IMG/VR virus record: IMGVR_UViG_3300033146_003955
Coordinates: 1-64,000 of that record
Source of the DNA: a virus
Direction: 5' to 3' (one strand)
Length of the DNA: 64,000 nt
Shown: in pieces, positions 38,801-47,993 of the stretch
How positions within the stretch are numbered: position 1 is the first letter of the stretch
Layout of the letters: every line of letters begins with the position of its first letter
The notes under the pieces: model-generated
Database searches by the model: none
Seen by the model: the letters and a program-made list of their open reading frames with translations, nothing else
Told to the model about the DNA's origin: nothing
Program-made: the position numbers and the translations under genes

Positions 38801-40897
38801 CTTTCAGTTCAAACTTCTTTATTTACTATTCCAAACCCCTATCATCCAGGTCAAAAAGATTTAATTCTTTGGGTTAACGGTGTATTACAGAGAGTTGGTG
38901 AAGATTATACTGAATTATCATCTACACAATTTCTTTTCACACGAATGTTAGATATAGGCGACCGTATTTTAATTATAATTTTAGGTTCAACTAGTGGAAG
39001 TGAAAGTTATAGCAGAGAAGATTACGTAGTTAGCGAACTTAATCAAACAATGAGTATGATAAATGAATATGCTATGGGTACCCAACAGCTCTTGGTTTAT
39101 TACAACGGTCAGCTTCAGCTTGAAGGTGATGATTATACCGAACTTGATACGACAACTATAAGATTTGAAAATAGATTGTTGGAACTTGATGATTTTGTAA
39201 CATTTATTATTCTTAAAGGTTTAGCGGTTGGCGGTACTGGCGGCAGTATTATTAATTACGCATCTGACTTATTACTTGGTTGGCCAACAGATAATTCATG
39301 GTCTGATGGCTATGTAGAACTAGTTCCTACCATGAATGTCGCTGATGCCATCGACGAATTAAATGAAGCTGTTTTAGAATTAATACCATCAGAATTAATA
39401 TCATTAGAAGATATAAATCTTGAATCTGAAGGAATAGATTTAGTATCTGGTTTTGTTGCAGATGGTAATGCATATATTGAAGGACAACCTGGAGACTATT
39501 TCAATTATTTAACTAAAAATAGAGAATTCTATCTTTTGACACCTTTTGATAATTCTTTTGCTAAAGCTGATCAAGGTACACTTCGTCTTTTTGTTAATGG
39601 AATTGAAGTTGATAATTTTAGTCTAGAAGACGCATTTGTGGATAGTGATAGAAATGGGAATCAAACAGCTGCACATTATGGTCAAGTAAATGCTGGCGCT
39701 AACGCCAATGTTGGTGTTGCAGGTACTGGAGGTGCTATAAGAAATTCATCCAATGGTTTTATTCAAATAATGTCTATAAATAAATATAATTATAAAAAAA
39801 TACAAAAAGGATTTGTTAGATTTAAATTTTTTAATGGTCTTCTTCGACATGGATATAATTATATTTATGTTATTCATCAATATGGGAGTGTTGTTAACAC
39901 CACTAAACAATTTAAATTTTTTATGGATACTCAGCATGCATTTCCCGAATTTTCTGGGACTCAAACTTTTTTTCCTCAAAATATACAATCAAATAAATTT
40001 ACTTCTGGCGTTAAATATTATTCTATTGGAGACTCATTTAAAACTACATTAAGTTTTATCAATATGAGCTATACTGTATATTCAGCGGAGCCATTAATGT
40101 TAGATATGCCAGGACTAAAACCTACGCATATAGAATATAATGATTCACGTCTTTTAGGAGTAAGTAATCCACCACATAGAAACGACGGTAATGTAGAATA
40201 TCGTGGTGTATTTGTTTTGAACGAATTTAATGAATATTCTATTGATGCAACATTAACAGTAAAAACTAATACGCCATTTGGCCCAGGAAATGAATATGTA
40301 TTTATTACTAAAAATCGTTTAGTAAACACATATACTAACGGTTCATCTAATTTGGTTGAATTTTTTAGAGATGAAATTTTTCGTCTCTATGAAGGGGAAT
40401 ACGATACCGTTCCTGTACAACGAAATCATATTTGGAATTCTGTTCTCCCATTAGAAGAAAATCAAGCTCTTTTATTTGATAGAGGCTTGAGATATGCTAA
40501 TATGAGTTTTATAGATTATATGCCAGCACAAACTGTAGATTATTCTAACTTTACAGGACCACAAACTTATTACCGCGCATTTTACAAAATGCAACCGAAA
40601 AATAATGGTTATTTTATTATAGATGGAATCATTAAAAATGATTTGTTAGATAATAAGATAATAATAGATATTAAGCTTCCAACACAAACTGGTTGGCTTT
40701 CTTTAAATACATATTATGAAGTATCTAGTTTTAATGGCGAAGATGGTGATGGATGTTTAATTGATATTGTTGACAATAAATTTTATTATTCATCAGGAAT
40801 CTTTTCTACAGTTTATAGTGGTTTTTTGTTGATATTTAAAGTTACACTTCCAGATGAAACAGCACCGACTATGACGTATTTAGAATTAAGATGGTAA
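35828..40897 (+). CDS. 1689-aa virion fibre-like protein with nine ~45-aa W-x-x-P-V...LP...GD.R...Y.W...W repeats and HxHDDRYY repeats
   Basis: Repeats counted from the translation; also V(Y/W)xNGxLQ..G.DY.E beta modules. Confidence 0.7.
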   Translation: MIKNIVITKQGDEAENSNNTLFMSPSSWIEGGANLILFKNDKILINGTDYSVNDFQNIELAASAKAADNIKFVITQLDDPSELLSYDDRVQQLDRLNKKTAGKAQTSIEKRVTEETIPSKFIIHSDDVWTTTISSDISTALQEQAINFHTKLFLKEDTTVANQKGWYATTDNTLEGRITNWVPGDFGKSYIVRLYDFNDNEIPSSDGMNWYWDYQSGYLTIQNDFDFPTPFKITGASYNGRFGIGSLKNWKEPVFSIADLPLYHNDDGDVRLILTENKLYRFDSLLPGWEPLSYGSQAFKDPVLSNMDLPDVNNMRGDIRLVMEESNLYVFDDAMGLNGGWVLLTGHGFNPSNFYDKEQTDALLNLKSNTGHTHDTIYLRDEEVKNLVRWRPSRADFNDLPPYTENRDGDVILTRDDNTIYRWYDDNPNLSQGHWEAIFQSNFSWKTPVTMAIDLPTVGNAPGECRLVTEEQKIYFWDGVNWYAIVADAAPHYHDDRYLLKTSLNWKQPVNSEGDLPSINNNDGDIRLTLDTSIIYRWHNATSEWLQVIADISWLPPITTFAQLPLTAKDNDVVYIKEYNKLYVYDVDTWKQIESVGSGHDHDDLYYSKSEIDNIINVITVDFDNHTHDGINTQKINYNNLLNIPTFYWKNPVVFESELPIVDNEIGDARIVVDAKSIYVWDGNQWQLVSNGTIVAEHDHDDRYYTEAEVTALIDAATTNILIQLNDKSDVTHTHDDRYYTELEMDIALADKADRIHSHPYASDTHLHDDRYYKKIDLQTAGGGTVHWDNITNKPLSITDSWQTPVQSESNLPLINNNTGDLRLVLDTSDVWRYDGSDWIIVGHWAGPSIDHWEAPVELASELPYGGNSDGDIRLVMDEGTLYRWVLLTSTWEPMIGGTAECDCPPPGNDDGTGIGTMEIQVYINGLQGFEDEDWERPTSTSIRILADVGPLDIISILVIGDEVTRYNFRGEAEGQIEINLSTTFYRQELELSVQTSLFTIPNPYHPGQKDLILWVNGVLQRVGEDYTELSSTQFLFTRMLDIGDRILIIILGSTSGSESYSREDYVVSELNQTMSMINEYAMGTQQLLVYYNGQLQLEGDDYTELDTTTIRFENRLLELDDFVTFIILKGLAVGGTGGSIINYASDLLLGWPTDNSWSDGYVELVPTMNVADAIDELNEAVLELIPSELISLEDINLESEGIDLVSGFVADGNAYIEGQPGDYFNYLTKNREFYLLTPFDNSFAKADQGTLRLFVNGIEVDNFSLEDAFVDSDRNGNQTAAHYGQVNAGANANVGVAGTGGAIRNSSNGFIQIMSINKYNYKKIQKGFVRFKFFNGLLRHGYNYIYVIHQYGSVVNTTKQFKFFMDTQHAFPEFSGTQTFFPQNIQSNKFTSGVKYYSIGDSFKTTLSFINMSYTVYSAEPLMLDMPGLKPTHIEYNDSRLLGVSNPPHRNDGNVEYRGVFVLNEFNEYSIDATLTVKTNTPFGPGNEYVFITKNRLVNTYTNGSSNLVEFFRDEIFRLYEGEYDTVPVQRNHIWNSVLPLEENQALLFDRGLRYANMSFIDYMPAQTVDYSNFTGPQTYYRAFYKMQPKNNGYFIIDGIIKNDLLDNKIIIDIKLPTQTGWLSLNTYYEVSSFNGEDGDGCLIDIVDNKFYYSSGIFSTVYSGFLLIFKVTLPDETAPTMTYLELRW

Positions 40898-40907
40898 GGA
40901 GTTTACA

Positions 40908-41993
40908 TTGAGACTTAAAAAATTAACAAATAAATTTGAATTAAGCAAAAATTACGAAAATGAACAGAAAATGGTTTTATCTTCTATAATATCTCGTTTA
41001 AATAGAGTAGGTGATTTTTTTGATGTTATTATAAAATTAGAAAAATTTATAATAGAAGAAGTTCGTGATGAGTATACTGAATTAACAAATGTAAGAGCAG
41101 ATAAAGATAAAATTGTTATGAATGATAGTTTATTTGATTATACAAATAAACACTTTCTTCCAGCTGTTGATAATTTAAATAATAAGATTGAACTTTCAGT
41201 TCAAAGCTGGAACTATGTAGAAAGAGAATATACAACAGGTAAAATATATGGATTTGTAAGTGCTATAAAAAATTTTTATAAAGAATTAAACATGTTGGAA
41301 GGTCAAGATGATGAAAATGATTTACATCCTTCATCAACAACAGAAGCAATAAAAGATTTAATTAATGATTTCGATAGATTTAAAATATACAAGGCAATAA
41401 TGAGTGAAAACATAATTAATAGAATAGAAATTTTGTTATCAATGCAGGTAGATATATTAGAGTCTAATAGTGAGAGTAAAAAATTAACTTTAGACGATTT
41501 GTAAGGAGAAAAATATGGCAACGAAAAAGCAGGATGACGCAGTAAGGGCAATAGATAATTTATTACATAATTTAAATCGTCCTAAATTTATACCTCGAGA
41601 AGATATCGTTTACTTTTATAATGAAATAGAAACCAATTATAATAGTAATATAGATAGTATTGAAACTATTCTTTTTGAAGAAATTAAAGATGAAGAAAAA
41701 TTCGATAAATTAAAAAAAATTAGTAATTTGTTAGAAATTAATATATTCTAATGTCTATACAAAATTTACAAAATATAATTAAAGCTCGAGAAATACAACA
41801 GGGTCGTCCTATGACGGAAGAGGAACGACCCTCGCAAGTTGATGAAACAACAGAAATATTAAGATTAATGTTTGCTTATTTAAAAAAAACATTCGGCGAG
41901 ATAAACTCGAATATAACGCAAATGAATCAAGAAATTAATATAATTAAAATTCAACAACAGAAGATTATTGATATATATACTAAAGATAATTAG
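40908..41993 (+). CDS. Three helical hypothetical genes (40908-41504, 41515-41751, 41751-41993)
   Basis: AAGGAG SDs, TAATG coupling. Confidence 0.55.
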
Positions 41994-41998
41994 TAATT

Positions 41999-43084
41999 AT
42001 GAATGATGAAGAATATAAATTAGATAAAGTATATAAGGCAGCTCTCAATCGAGAATTCACGTCCACGAGTAAAGAGTGGTATGAAGAAACTCCTAGCAAA
42101 GAAGTACCTGTAAAATTATCTAATGTTTGGATTGATGATATACCTTCAGTACCTCCGCCTATAACAACTGAAGTTGTGGAGATGGTACAAGATTTAATAT
42201 TGACAGAGGATAGAACAGTTTTAGAACATAAAACATGGTTTACATGTGAAACACCCGGTCTCCTCAATACACGTCTACAAGATTTTATTCAACCTTCTAA
42301 GGGTTATGATATTAAGTATCATGTTAAATTGTATGATAATTCTGGTAAACAAGTTTATATCGGTGAAGAACTAGAATGGGAATTTGATTATTTAAGCGGT
42401 ATTGTTTTTTTTAAAGAAGATCCTCTTAATAAATATGTTCAACCCTTCCATTTATATGGATACAGATATGTTGGTCGTTATGGTTCACTAGACGATTTAA
42501 GTGGTGGTTCTGCTTCCGGTGAAACTGGTGCTACGACACTTGACGAAGCTTATGATGGCGGAAGAACAATTGAAGCTGACGAAGGACCCATACGAATAAC
42601 TGCGTCCAATGGTTCGTCATCTTTACAGGTCGATCCTATAAATTATACACCTGTTAATAATTTAGCTCCTGGACAAATAGTAAATAGGGAAGGTATATTA
42701 TACATCTACGATGAGTCAAGAGCTACCTGGATTTCTATGATTAGACAAGCTATAGCTTTTGGTGCTAAGAGAGCTGATGGTGTATTTATGAATCTATCAA
42801 ACTTCACATCTAATATGTCTGGCTGGCCAGCTTTAAGAAAAGGTATGATTGTCGGCATAACAGCTCAAGCTTCCGGTGGCTATTCGAGGAAACATATTGA
42901 CATAAAAATTAAAGGTGACGAAAATAATCTTTTCGGCTTCGACCTCTTTGACCATTACTACTCGAACGGAAATATGGATATCTCATTTAACGAAAACGAT
43001 TTACTTCAGATATTAGTATCCTCACAATATGAAATGACTTACGGATTAATTATAAACTTAGAAATTGCATGGAGACTTTCTTAA
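41999..43084 (+). CDS. Virion structural protein, N-terminal domain paralogous to that of 35828..40897
   Basis: Shared VW...L.ED.TV...W...Y.V.LYD......W..DY.SG pattern; TTLDEAYDGG motif. Confidence 0.6.
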   Translation: MNDEEYKLDKVYKAALNREFTSTSKEWYEETPSKEVPVKLSNVWIDDIPSVPPPITTEVVEMVQDLILTEDRTVLEHKTWFTCETPGLLNTRLQDFIQPSKGYDIKYHVKLYDNSGKQVYIGEELEWEFDYLSGIVFFKEDPLNKYVQPFHLYGYRYVGRYGSLDDLSGGSASGETGATTLDEAYDGGRTIEADEGPIRITASNGSSSLQVDPINYTPVNNLAPGQIVNREGILYIYDESRATWISMIRQAIAFGAKRADGVFMNLSNFTSNMSGWPALRKGMIVGITAQASGGYSRKHIDIKIKGDENNLFGFDLFDHYYSNGNMDISFNENDLLQILVSSQYEMTYGLIINLEIAWRLS

Positions 43085-43088
43085 TAAA

Positions 43089-43106
43089 GCATATTTAATT
43101 ATATAT
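43089..43106 (+). promoter_or_regulatory. Putative phage promoter GCATAnTT (class representative)
   Basis: Recurs intergenically at 44542, 46097, 47955, 50399, 52992, 53469, 54113, 56045, 57733 and 58482. Confidence 0.6.
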
Positions 43107-43155
43107 AAAATTGATTCTTTAATACTATATTAAAAAATAATATAAGGAGAAGCTA

Positions 43156-44493
43156 ATGAAAAAAATTTTATTTATAACGTTATTGATTTTAATATCAGTA
43201 ACAGCTCTATTCTCACAATCAGTGTTAACTGTTGCTGAAGGGAGAGGCGGAACAGGAGTTGCAAATCCCGGTCACTATCCTTCCTTCTTTATGAATCCAG
43301 CAGGGTTTGCACTTGATAGTGGTCTAACTATATTAGGTGTAAATGGCTGGGCTTATTCAGATCAAGCAACTATGGATTTAATTAGAAATCCGGAAACAGC
43401 TTCAGCAAATACAGATGCAGTAATAACAGATAATACAGCTGAAATCGAAGCTTGGTTTGATGACAAAAGCGATGAAGAACTTACTGCTATTATTCAAGAT
43501 GCAGGTTATACAGAACAAGATATTGCGAACTCAGACACAAATGGAAATCATTTAGACGATACATTAGAATTTTTTAACTCTTTAACAGATGACGAAATTA
43601 TCTCAATTATAGGTTTAGTTATAGCTGAGGATGACTTTCCACTCTCAGCTGAAGAATTAGGTCTCCCATCAGGAGCAATGAGATTAGGTACTTCAGCTGG
43701 TTTTGCTTTTACAGCTGGCGGTTTGGGTTTAGGTTTCTTTACAATAGCAGACTTCAATATTGAAGGCGATAACATCCTTGCTATTGAAGGTGCTGCTGAA
43801 GCTAAACTTCAACTTAATTTAGGTTACGCCCATGAATTTAATTTTGGCCTCTTTAAAGTTATACCTGGAATACAAGCTAGGCCGTTCACTTCTTTATTTG
43901 CACCAATTGATGTATCACTTATGACTGCCGTTATGAATGGTAATGATATGGTTAATACAATAATGTCTCTTAGTACAAGGCAGGGAAATGCTATAGCATT
44001 AGATGTTGGAGTTATTGTAGACATCTGGTGGTTTGATATTGGCTTTTCAGTATTTGACTTTTTTGGTACAAAAATAACATATCGTAATACTACGATGGGT
44101 GAAGCTCTAGATGATATATTTGCATCTGGTACTGATGGTGAATATATTATAGATCCAACTTACAACCTTGGTCTTGCGTTTAACCCTAGTATTCCAATAA
44201 TTAAAAGAATAATTGATCCAACTCTTTATATAGATTTTCAAAATTTGGGTGGAGTTATCGATGCTATGAATGATGATCCTGAAGCTGCTAAAGATTTAGT
44301 TTCTATAGGCTTGGATATGAAACTTTTAAATTTCTTAAATTTAAGAGCTGGGTATGCTGGTGGTTATTATACTCTCGGTACAGGATTTGATATATTGATA
44401 TTTGAAGCTAACATAGCTGCTAAGTTTGATGCATTAAATTACAATGATGTTTCTAATTTTGGTATTATGGCTGACTTAGTTATAAGATTCTAA
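43156..44493 (+). CDS. Outer-membrane beta-barrel protein (TraF/FadL-like), host-derived
   Basis: Sec signal ending ALFSQ; G.GG.G...FFMNPAG N-terminal motif; amphipathic strands LRAGYAGGYYTLG.G; C-terminal Phe. Confidence 0.65.
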   Translation: MKKILFITLLILISVTALFSQSVLTVAEGRGGTGVANPGHYPSFFMNPAGFALDSGLTILGVNGWAYSDQATMDLIRNPETASANTDAVITDNTAEIEAWFDDKSDEELTAIIQDAGYTEQDIANSDTNGNHLDDTLEFFNSLTDDEIISIIGLVIAEDDFPLSAEELGLPSGAMRLGTSAGFAFTAGGLGLGFFTIADFNIEGDNILAIEGAAEAKLQLNLGYAHEFNFGLFKVIPGIQARPFTSLFAPIDVSLMTAVMNGNDMVNTIMSLSTRQGNAIALDVGVIVDIWWFDIGFSVFDFFGTKITYRNTTMGEALDDIFASGTDGEYIIDPTYNLGLAFNPSIPIIKRIIDPTLYIDFQNLGGVIDAMNDDPEAAKDLVSIGLDMKLLNFLNLRAGYAGGYYTLGTGFDILIFEANIAAKFDALNYNDVSNFGIMADLVIRF

Positions 44494-44511
44494 GTATAAG
44501 AAAAATTTATT

Positions 44512-44539
44512 AAAAGGAGCTGAAAAGCTCCTTTTTTTT
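44512..44539 (+). terminator. Rho-independent terminator
   Basis: GGAGCT-GAAA-AGCTCC + T8. Confidence 0.85.
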
Positions 44540-44555
44540 GTGCATATTTACATAT

Positions 44556-44741
44556 ATGGAAGAAAAAATTAGAGTGTATAAAGAAGTCATGTTATGGTTT
44601 ACACGTGATGAACATATACAGGAGTTGACCCTTCCTAAAAAGGAAGGTGAGGTTGAAGTGGAATATGTTAATGCCATTACCAGAGCTCAAAGACCAATAC
44701 TTCCAGAACACTGCGGCAGAAAAATAGATTTATATACATAG
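44556..44741 (+). CDS. Small hypothetical protein, leaderless
   Basis: ATG 14 nt from the G of GCATATTT. Confidence 0.5.
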   Translation: MEEKIRVYKEVMLWFTRDEHIQELTLPKKEGEVEVEYVNAITRAQRPILPEHCGRKIDLYT

Positions 44742-44749
44742 GAGATAAG

Positions 44750-45589
44750 ATGTACATAGAAAAATTAGACTTAGACATTAAAGATTTTACAGCAGCGGAT
44801 ATTGTTGATATGGATATAGTAGTGGAAAATGCTACTACTGAATCGCAAAAAATATATGATAATCCGTCTACTCGGAAGGGTAGAACTTTTGATGAAATAT
44901 ATAGAGTTTCATTACAGTCACATATAGCTGAGAAACACCTTATAGAGAAATATGATTTTGATGATGACCCTAGACCGTATATGGATGTTATTTATAATGG
45001 TCAAACTATTGATGTTAAAACATCTATTAATGGTATCATGAATTATAAACAGAAACATCTTGAAACGTTGGCTGAAAAAAATTTATGGCCTAATGTAGTT
45101 ATTACTGATTATGTCATGGGGTTTGATGTTAAGAATGAAATATATGAATATAAATTTTATGAGAAAGTGCCTACGGTAACATTCACCGTAATTGATAATG
45201 TAAAAGCTAGCGTTGTTGGCAATGATATAAAAGGCTTCTATAACCAGTTGAAATTTAATGATGATTATAACGAAAAACAGAATAAAAAATATAGTCATAT
45301 GAACACAAAAGAACGACATCTAGCTATGTTGACAAGTTTTGGTATTAAAGTTTCATATGATTATGGGTCTGTTTCTACTCCTGCCCCTATTTCTACTCCT
45401 GTCCCTATTTCTAGTACGTCATCTAAACAAGTTTTTAAAAAACGACCAAAATTTGTCGTAATAAACAAATCTCTAACTAAAAAAATTAATTATACTCCAG
45501 AAATACTTTATAATGGGCTTATTAAAAATGGTAAAACTGTTGGTCAAGCAATTAGTATTATGCGTGATTACGGTATAAAAGTTGTATAA
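44750..45589 (+). CDS. Hypothetical protein with possible PD-(D/E)xK nuclease N-domain
   Basis: AE...DV....TIDVKTS; AGGAG SD; PT-rich linker. Confidence 0.45.
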   Translation: MYIEKLDLDIKDFTAADIVDMDIVVENATTESQKIYDNPSTRKGRTFDEIYRVSLQSHIAEKHLIEKYDFDDDPRPYMDVIYNGQTIDVKTSINGIMNYKQKHLETLAEKNLWPNVVITDYVMGFDVKNEIYEYKFYEKVPTVTFTVIDNVKASVVGNDIKGFYNQLKFNDDYNEKQNKKYSHMNTKERHLAMLTSFGIKVSYDYGSVSTPAPISTPVPISSTSSKQVFKKRPKFVVINKSLTKKINYTPEILYNGLIKNGKTVGQAISIMRDYGIKVV

Positions 45590-46097
45590 GCCTAAACCAT
45601 TTATAAAGCCATGGAAGGTACCAAATACTAATAATGTTAGTTCTAATATAGAACGTCTTCTTATTGATATAATAAAAAAATACCCTTATGATATTCCACA
45701 TGAACAGCTTGTTGCAGAGTTTGGTTTTGAACTGAAGATGTTGGATAAAGAAAAAAGCAAGGTTGGCGGTTCATACGATTTTAGAAATAAAGTTATAAAT
45801 ATAGTCGATTATTGGGAAGAATATAATGAGAGTACCTTCTGCCATGAATTCTCCCACCTTCTCCAAGATGTAGCAGATGAAAGTGATTTCTATAAAGATT
45901 ATAATAGAGGCAATACTCTTTTCTCACAAACAGTGAGACAGGAACAAGATGCTTGCAATATAAGCCTTCTTGTTTGGGAGTGGCTATACCCGGGGAAACC
46001 TTATTCTAAGTACTTAGTACCTTATTATGAAGCAGAAAGTATAAAATGGTTGGGCGAATATTATGCTCCTTATTTTGAAAATGATCTCCTAGCTTAG
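45582..46097 (+). CDS. HExxH zinc metallopeptidase-like protein (ImmA/IrrE-like)
   Basis: GGSY, TFCHEFSH, downstream E.DA. Confidence 0.6.
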   Translation: MYKPKPFIKPWKVPNTNNVSSNIERLLIDIIKKYPYDIPHEQLVAEFGFELKMLDKEKSKVGGSYDFRNKVINIVDYWEEYNESTFCHEFSHLLQDVADESDFYKDYNRGNTLFSQTVRQEQDACNISLLVWEWLYPGKPYSKYLVPYYEAESIKWLGEYYAPYFENDLLA

Positions 46098-46122
46098 CAT
46101 ACTTAAATAGAGAGGTGATAAA

Positions 46123-46746
46123 ATGGTGAAAAATTATAAATCAAATAAATTTGTTCATAAAATTGAAATGAATTTAGCGAATATATCTGTTAAACCTACA
46201 GATAAATTTCAATTAATAAAGGCATACTATGATATTAATTGTTTTGATTGTGAATTATGCGGACATAAAAATGTTATGAATGCTTTTGAAGTAAAAAATC
46301 TCAAAACAAATAAAATAATTAAGGTAGGTTCTGAGTGTATACAACATTTTTCTGATAAAGGTGTCGATATAGATATTGCGCAAGGCCTTATGCGGAGAGT
46401 AATATCTGCATCCAATAAAGCTCGTCGTGATTTAAAGCGAAAGTTAGGTTATGAAGCTTTCTACTCCCTTCCAGAAAAAGAAAAAGCTACTGTAAAACCC
46501 TGGGATATTAGAGATAAAGCTGATGAACTTGGTAAAGAAGCTTATAAAAAATTGGATAGAAAGGTTAAACAGGAATTGGTCGTGAATGAATATCTTATTC
46601 TTCAAACTAAAGAACTTTTAGCTAATGTTGCTTATAACAATTCCATTCTTACAGAAGAGGATATTGAATTAATTTTTCAATTAGATATGCAAGAGGACAT
46701 GGACAAAGCACTTGTGACGAAGGAGAGAATGACTAAACGCAACTAA
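46123..46746 (+). CDS. Zn-finger protein
   Basis: CELCGH...VGSECI. Confidence 0.6.
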   Translation: MVKNYKSNKFVHKIEMNLANISVKPTDKFQLIKAYYDINCFDCELCGHKNVMNAFEVKNLKTNKIIKVGSECIQHFSDKGVDIDIAQGLMRRVISASNKARRDLKRKLGYEAFYSLPEKEKATVKPWDIRDKADELGKEAYKKLDRKVKQELVVNEYLILQTKELLANVAYNNSILTEEDIELIFQLDMQEDMDKALVTKERMTKRN

Positions 46747-46757
46747 AGGAGTACTAC

Positions 46758-47390
46758 ATGGATTTGTACCAACTGTATAAAAGCATTAAAGTAGATATTG
46801 ATATAAAATTAGATGAGTTTAGCAGGTTATGGGATGAAGGGACGGATGATGATATTTTCAAGGAAATGGTTTTCTGTATGTGTACTCCACAGACTAGTGC
46901 TCGTAAGGGGTGGGAAGCTGCTACGCAATTAGAAGAATTAAATTACTTCTATAACGGTCATTTTGAGGAAATTGCTTGCACTATAAAAGATGCTGGCATA
47001 CGTTTTCATAAAAATAAGGCTAAGTACGTTCTCTCAAATAGAAATAAATTTATACCCTCTACTAAATCAATTATTCTTAAATATATAAATGGAAATATAT
47101 TAAATGCCAGAAATAATTTGGTAGATGATGTGACGGGGTGGGGTATGAAGGAAGCATCTCATTTCTTAAGAAATATAGGTTTCGGTTCTGAGGTATGCAT
47201 TCTTGATCGTCATGTTATGAGGCGGTTAAAAGAGTATGGTGTTATTACAGCAATTCCTAAAGTCTTAACTAAAAATGCTTATCTGGAGATTGAAGTTGAT
47301 ATGAAGCATTTTGCTTTGGAACAGGAGATACCTGTTGATGCTTTAGATTTTGTTTTCTGGTATCAATCTAAGGGCGAATTTTTTAAATAG
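46758..47390 (+). CDS. ogg: 8-oxoguanine DNA glycosylase/AP lyase (OGG2/Thermotoga-archaeal type)
   Basis: FCMCTPQTSA, RFHKNKAKY, HhH G.GMKEASHFLRNIG, ILDRH, C-terminal Lys. Confidence 0.88.
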   Translation: MDLYQLYKSIKVDIDIKLDEFSRLWDEGTDDDIFKEMVFCMCTPQTSARKGWEAATQLEELNYFYNGHFEEIACTIKDAGIRFHKNKAKYVLSNRNKFIPSTKSIILKYINGNILNARNNLVDDVTGWGMKEASHFLRNIGFGSEVCILDRHVMRRLKEYGVITAIPKVLTKNAYLEIEVDMKHFALEQEIPVDALDFVFWYQSKGEFFK

Positions 47391-47505
47391 AATAGTTAAA
47401 GTGATATCAGTTGGTAAAAAAGGTAGTTGGTAACCAATATGTCACTATGCTCTTGAGTGAAAGATTGGAAATTTGAAATAAAAAATATAAAGTTGAGGAG
47501 TTGAT

Positions 47506-47745
47506 GTGATTATTAGAGAAAAACAGAAGGTAGAAAGAACAATAGCGCTTAAGATTAAATGTGATATTTGTGGGAAGGAGTATAGTCTTCTTACAGATGA
47601 TAATTTGGAAGCTCAAGAATTTGTATATATAGAATTTGAAGCTGGATACGGTACAATCTTTGAAGATGGTGAAAATTATGAATTGCATATGTGCCAGCAT
47701 TGTCTGAAAGAGAAATTGGGTAAATATTTAAGGAGAGTAGAATGA
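47506..47745 (+). CDS. Small Zn-ribbon protein
   Basis: CDICG...CQHC; GAGGAG SD. Confidence 0.65.
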   Translation: MIIREKQKVERTIALKIKCDICGKEYSLLTDDNLEAQEFVYIEFEAGYGTIFEDGENYELHMCQHCLKEKLGKYLRRVE

Positions 47746-47948
47746 TTAGAATATGGATTTTTTTAGGACTTGCAGTTTTAGTTTTAGGAATAGTAACGGT
47801 CGCAAGGAGGATGTGGAAGAGAGCATCTGTAGAGCAGAAGCTTGAAGATGATACTATTGATATGGAGAATTACAATAGAATTAAAGACATCGATTTAAAT
47901 GAAGTTAAAAAACGTAAAGAGAAAGTAAAAAAGTACAAAAATTCATAA
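47742..47948 (+). CDS. Small single-pass membrane protein
   Basis: N-terminal hydrophobic helix, directly upstream of the SPFH gene. Confidence 0.65.
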   Translation: MIRIWIFLGLAVLVLGIVTVARRMWKRASVEQKLEDDTIDMENYNRIKDIDLNEVKKRKEKVKKYKNS

Positions 47949-47993
47949 AAAGGTGCATAATTAAATATACAAAGAAATATTTAGGAGTGAAGA

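Noticed and set aside
11620-44024. Numerous short minus-strand or alternate-frame ORFs inside large genes
   Set aside because: Nested within long coding frames, no SD, composition typical of antisense shadows
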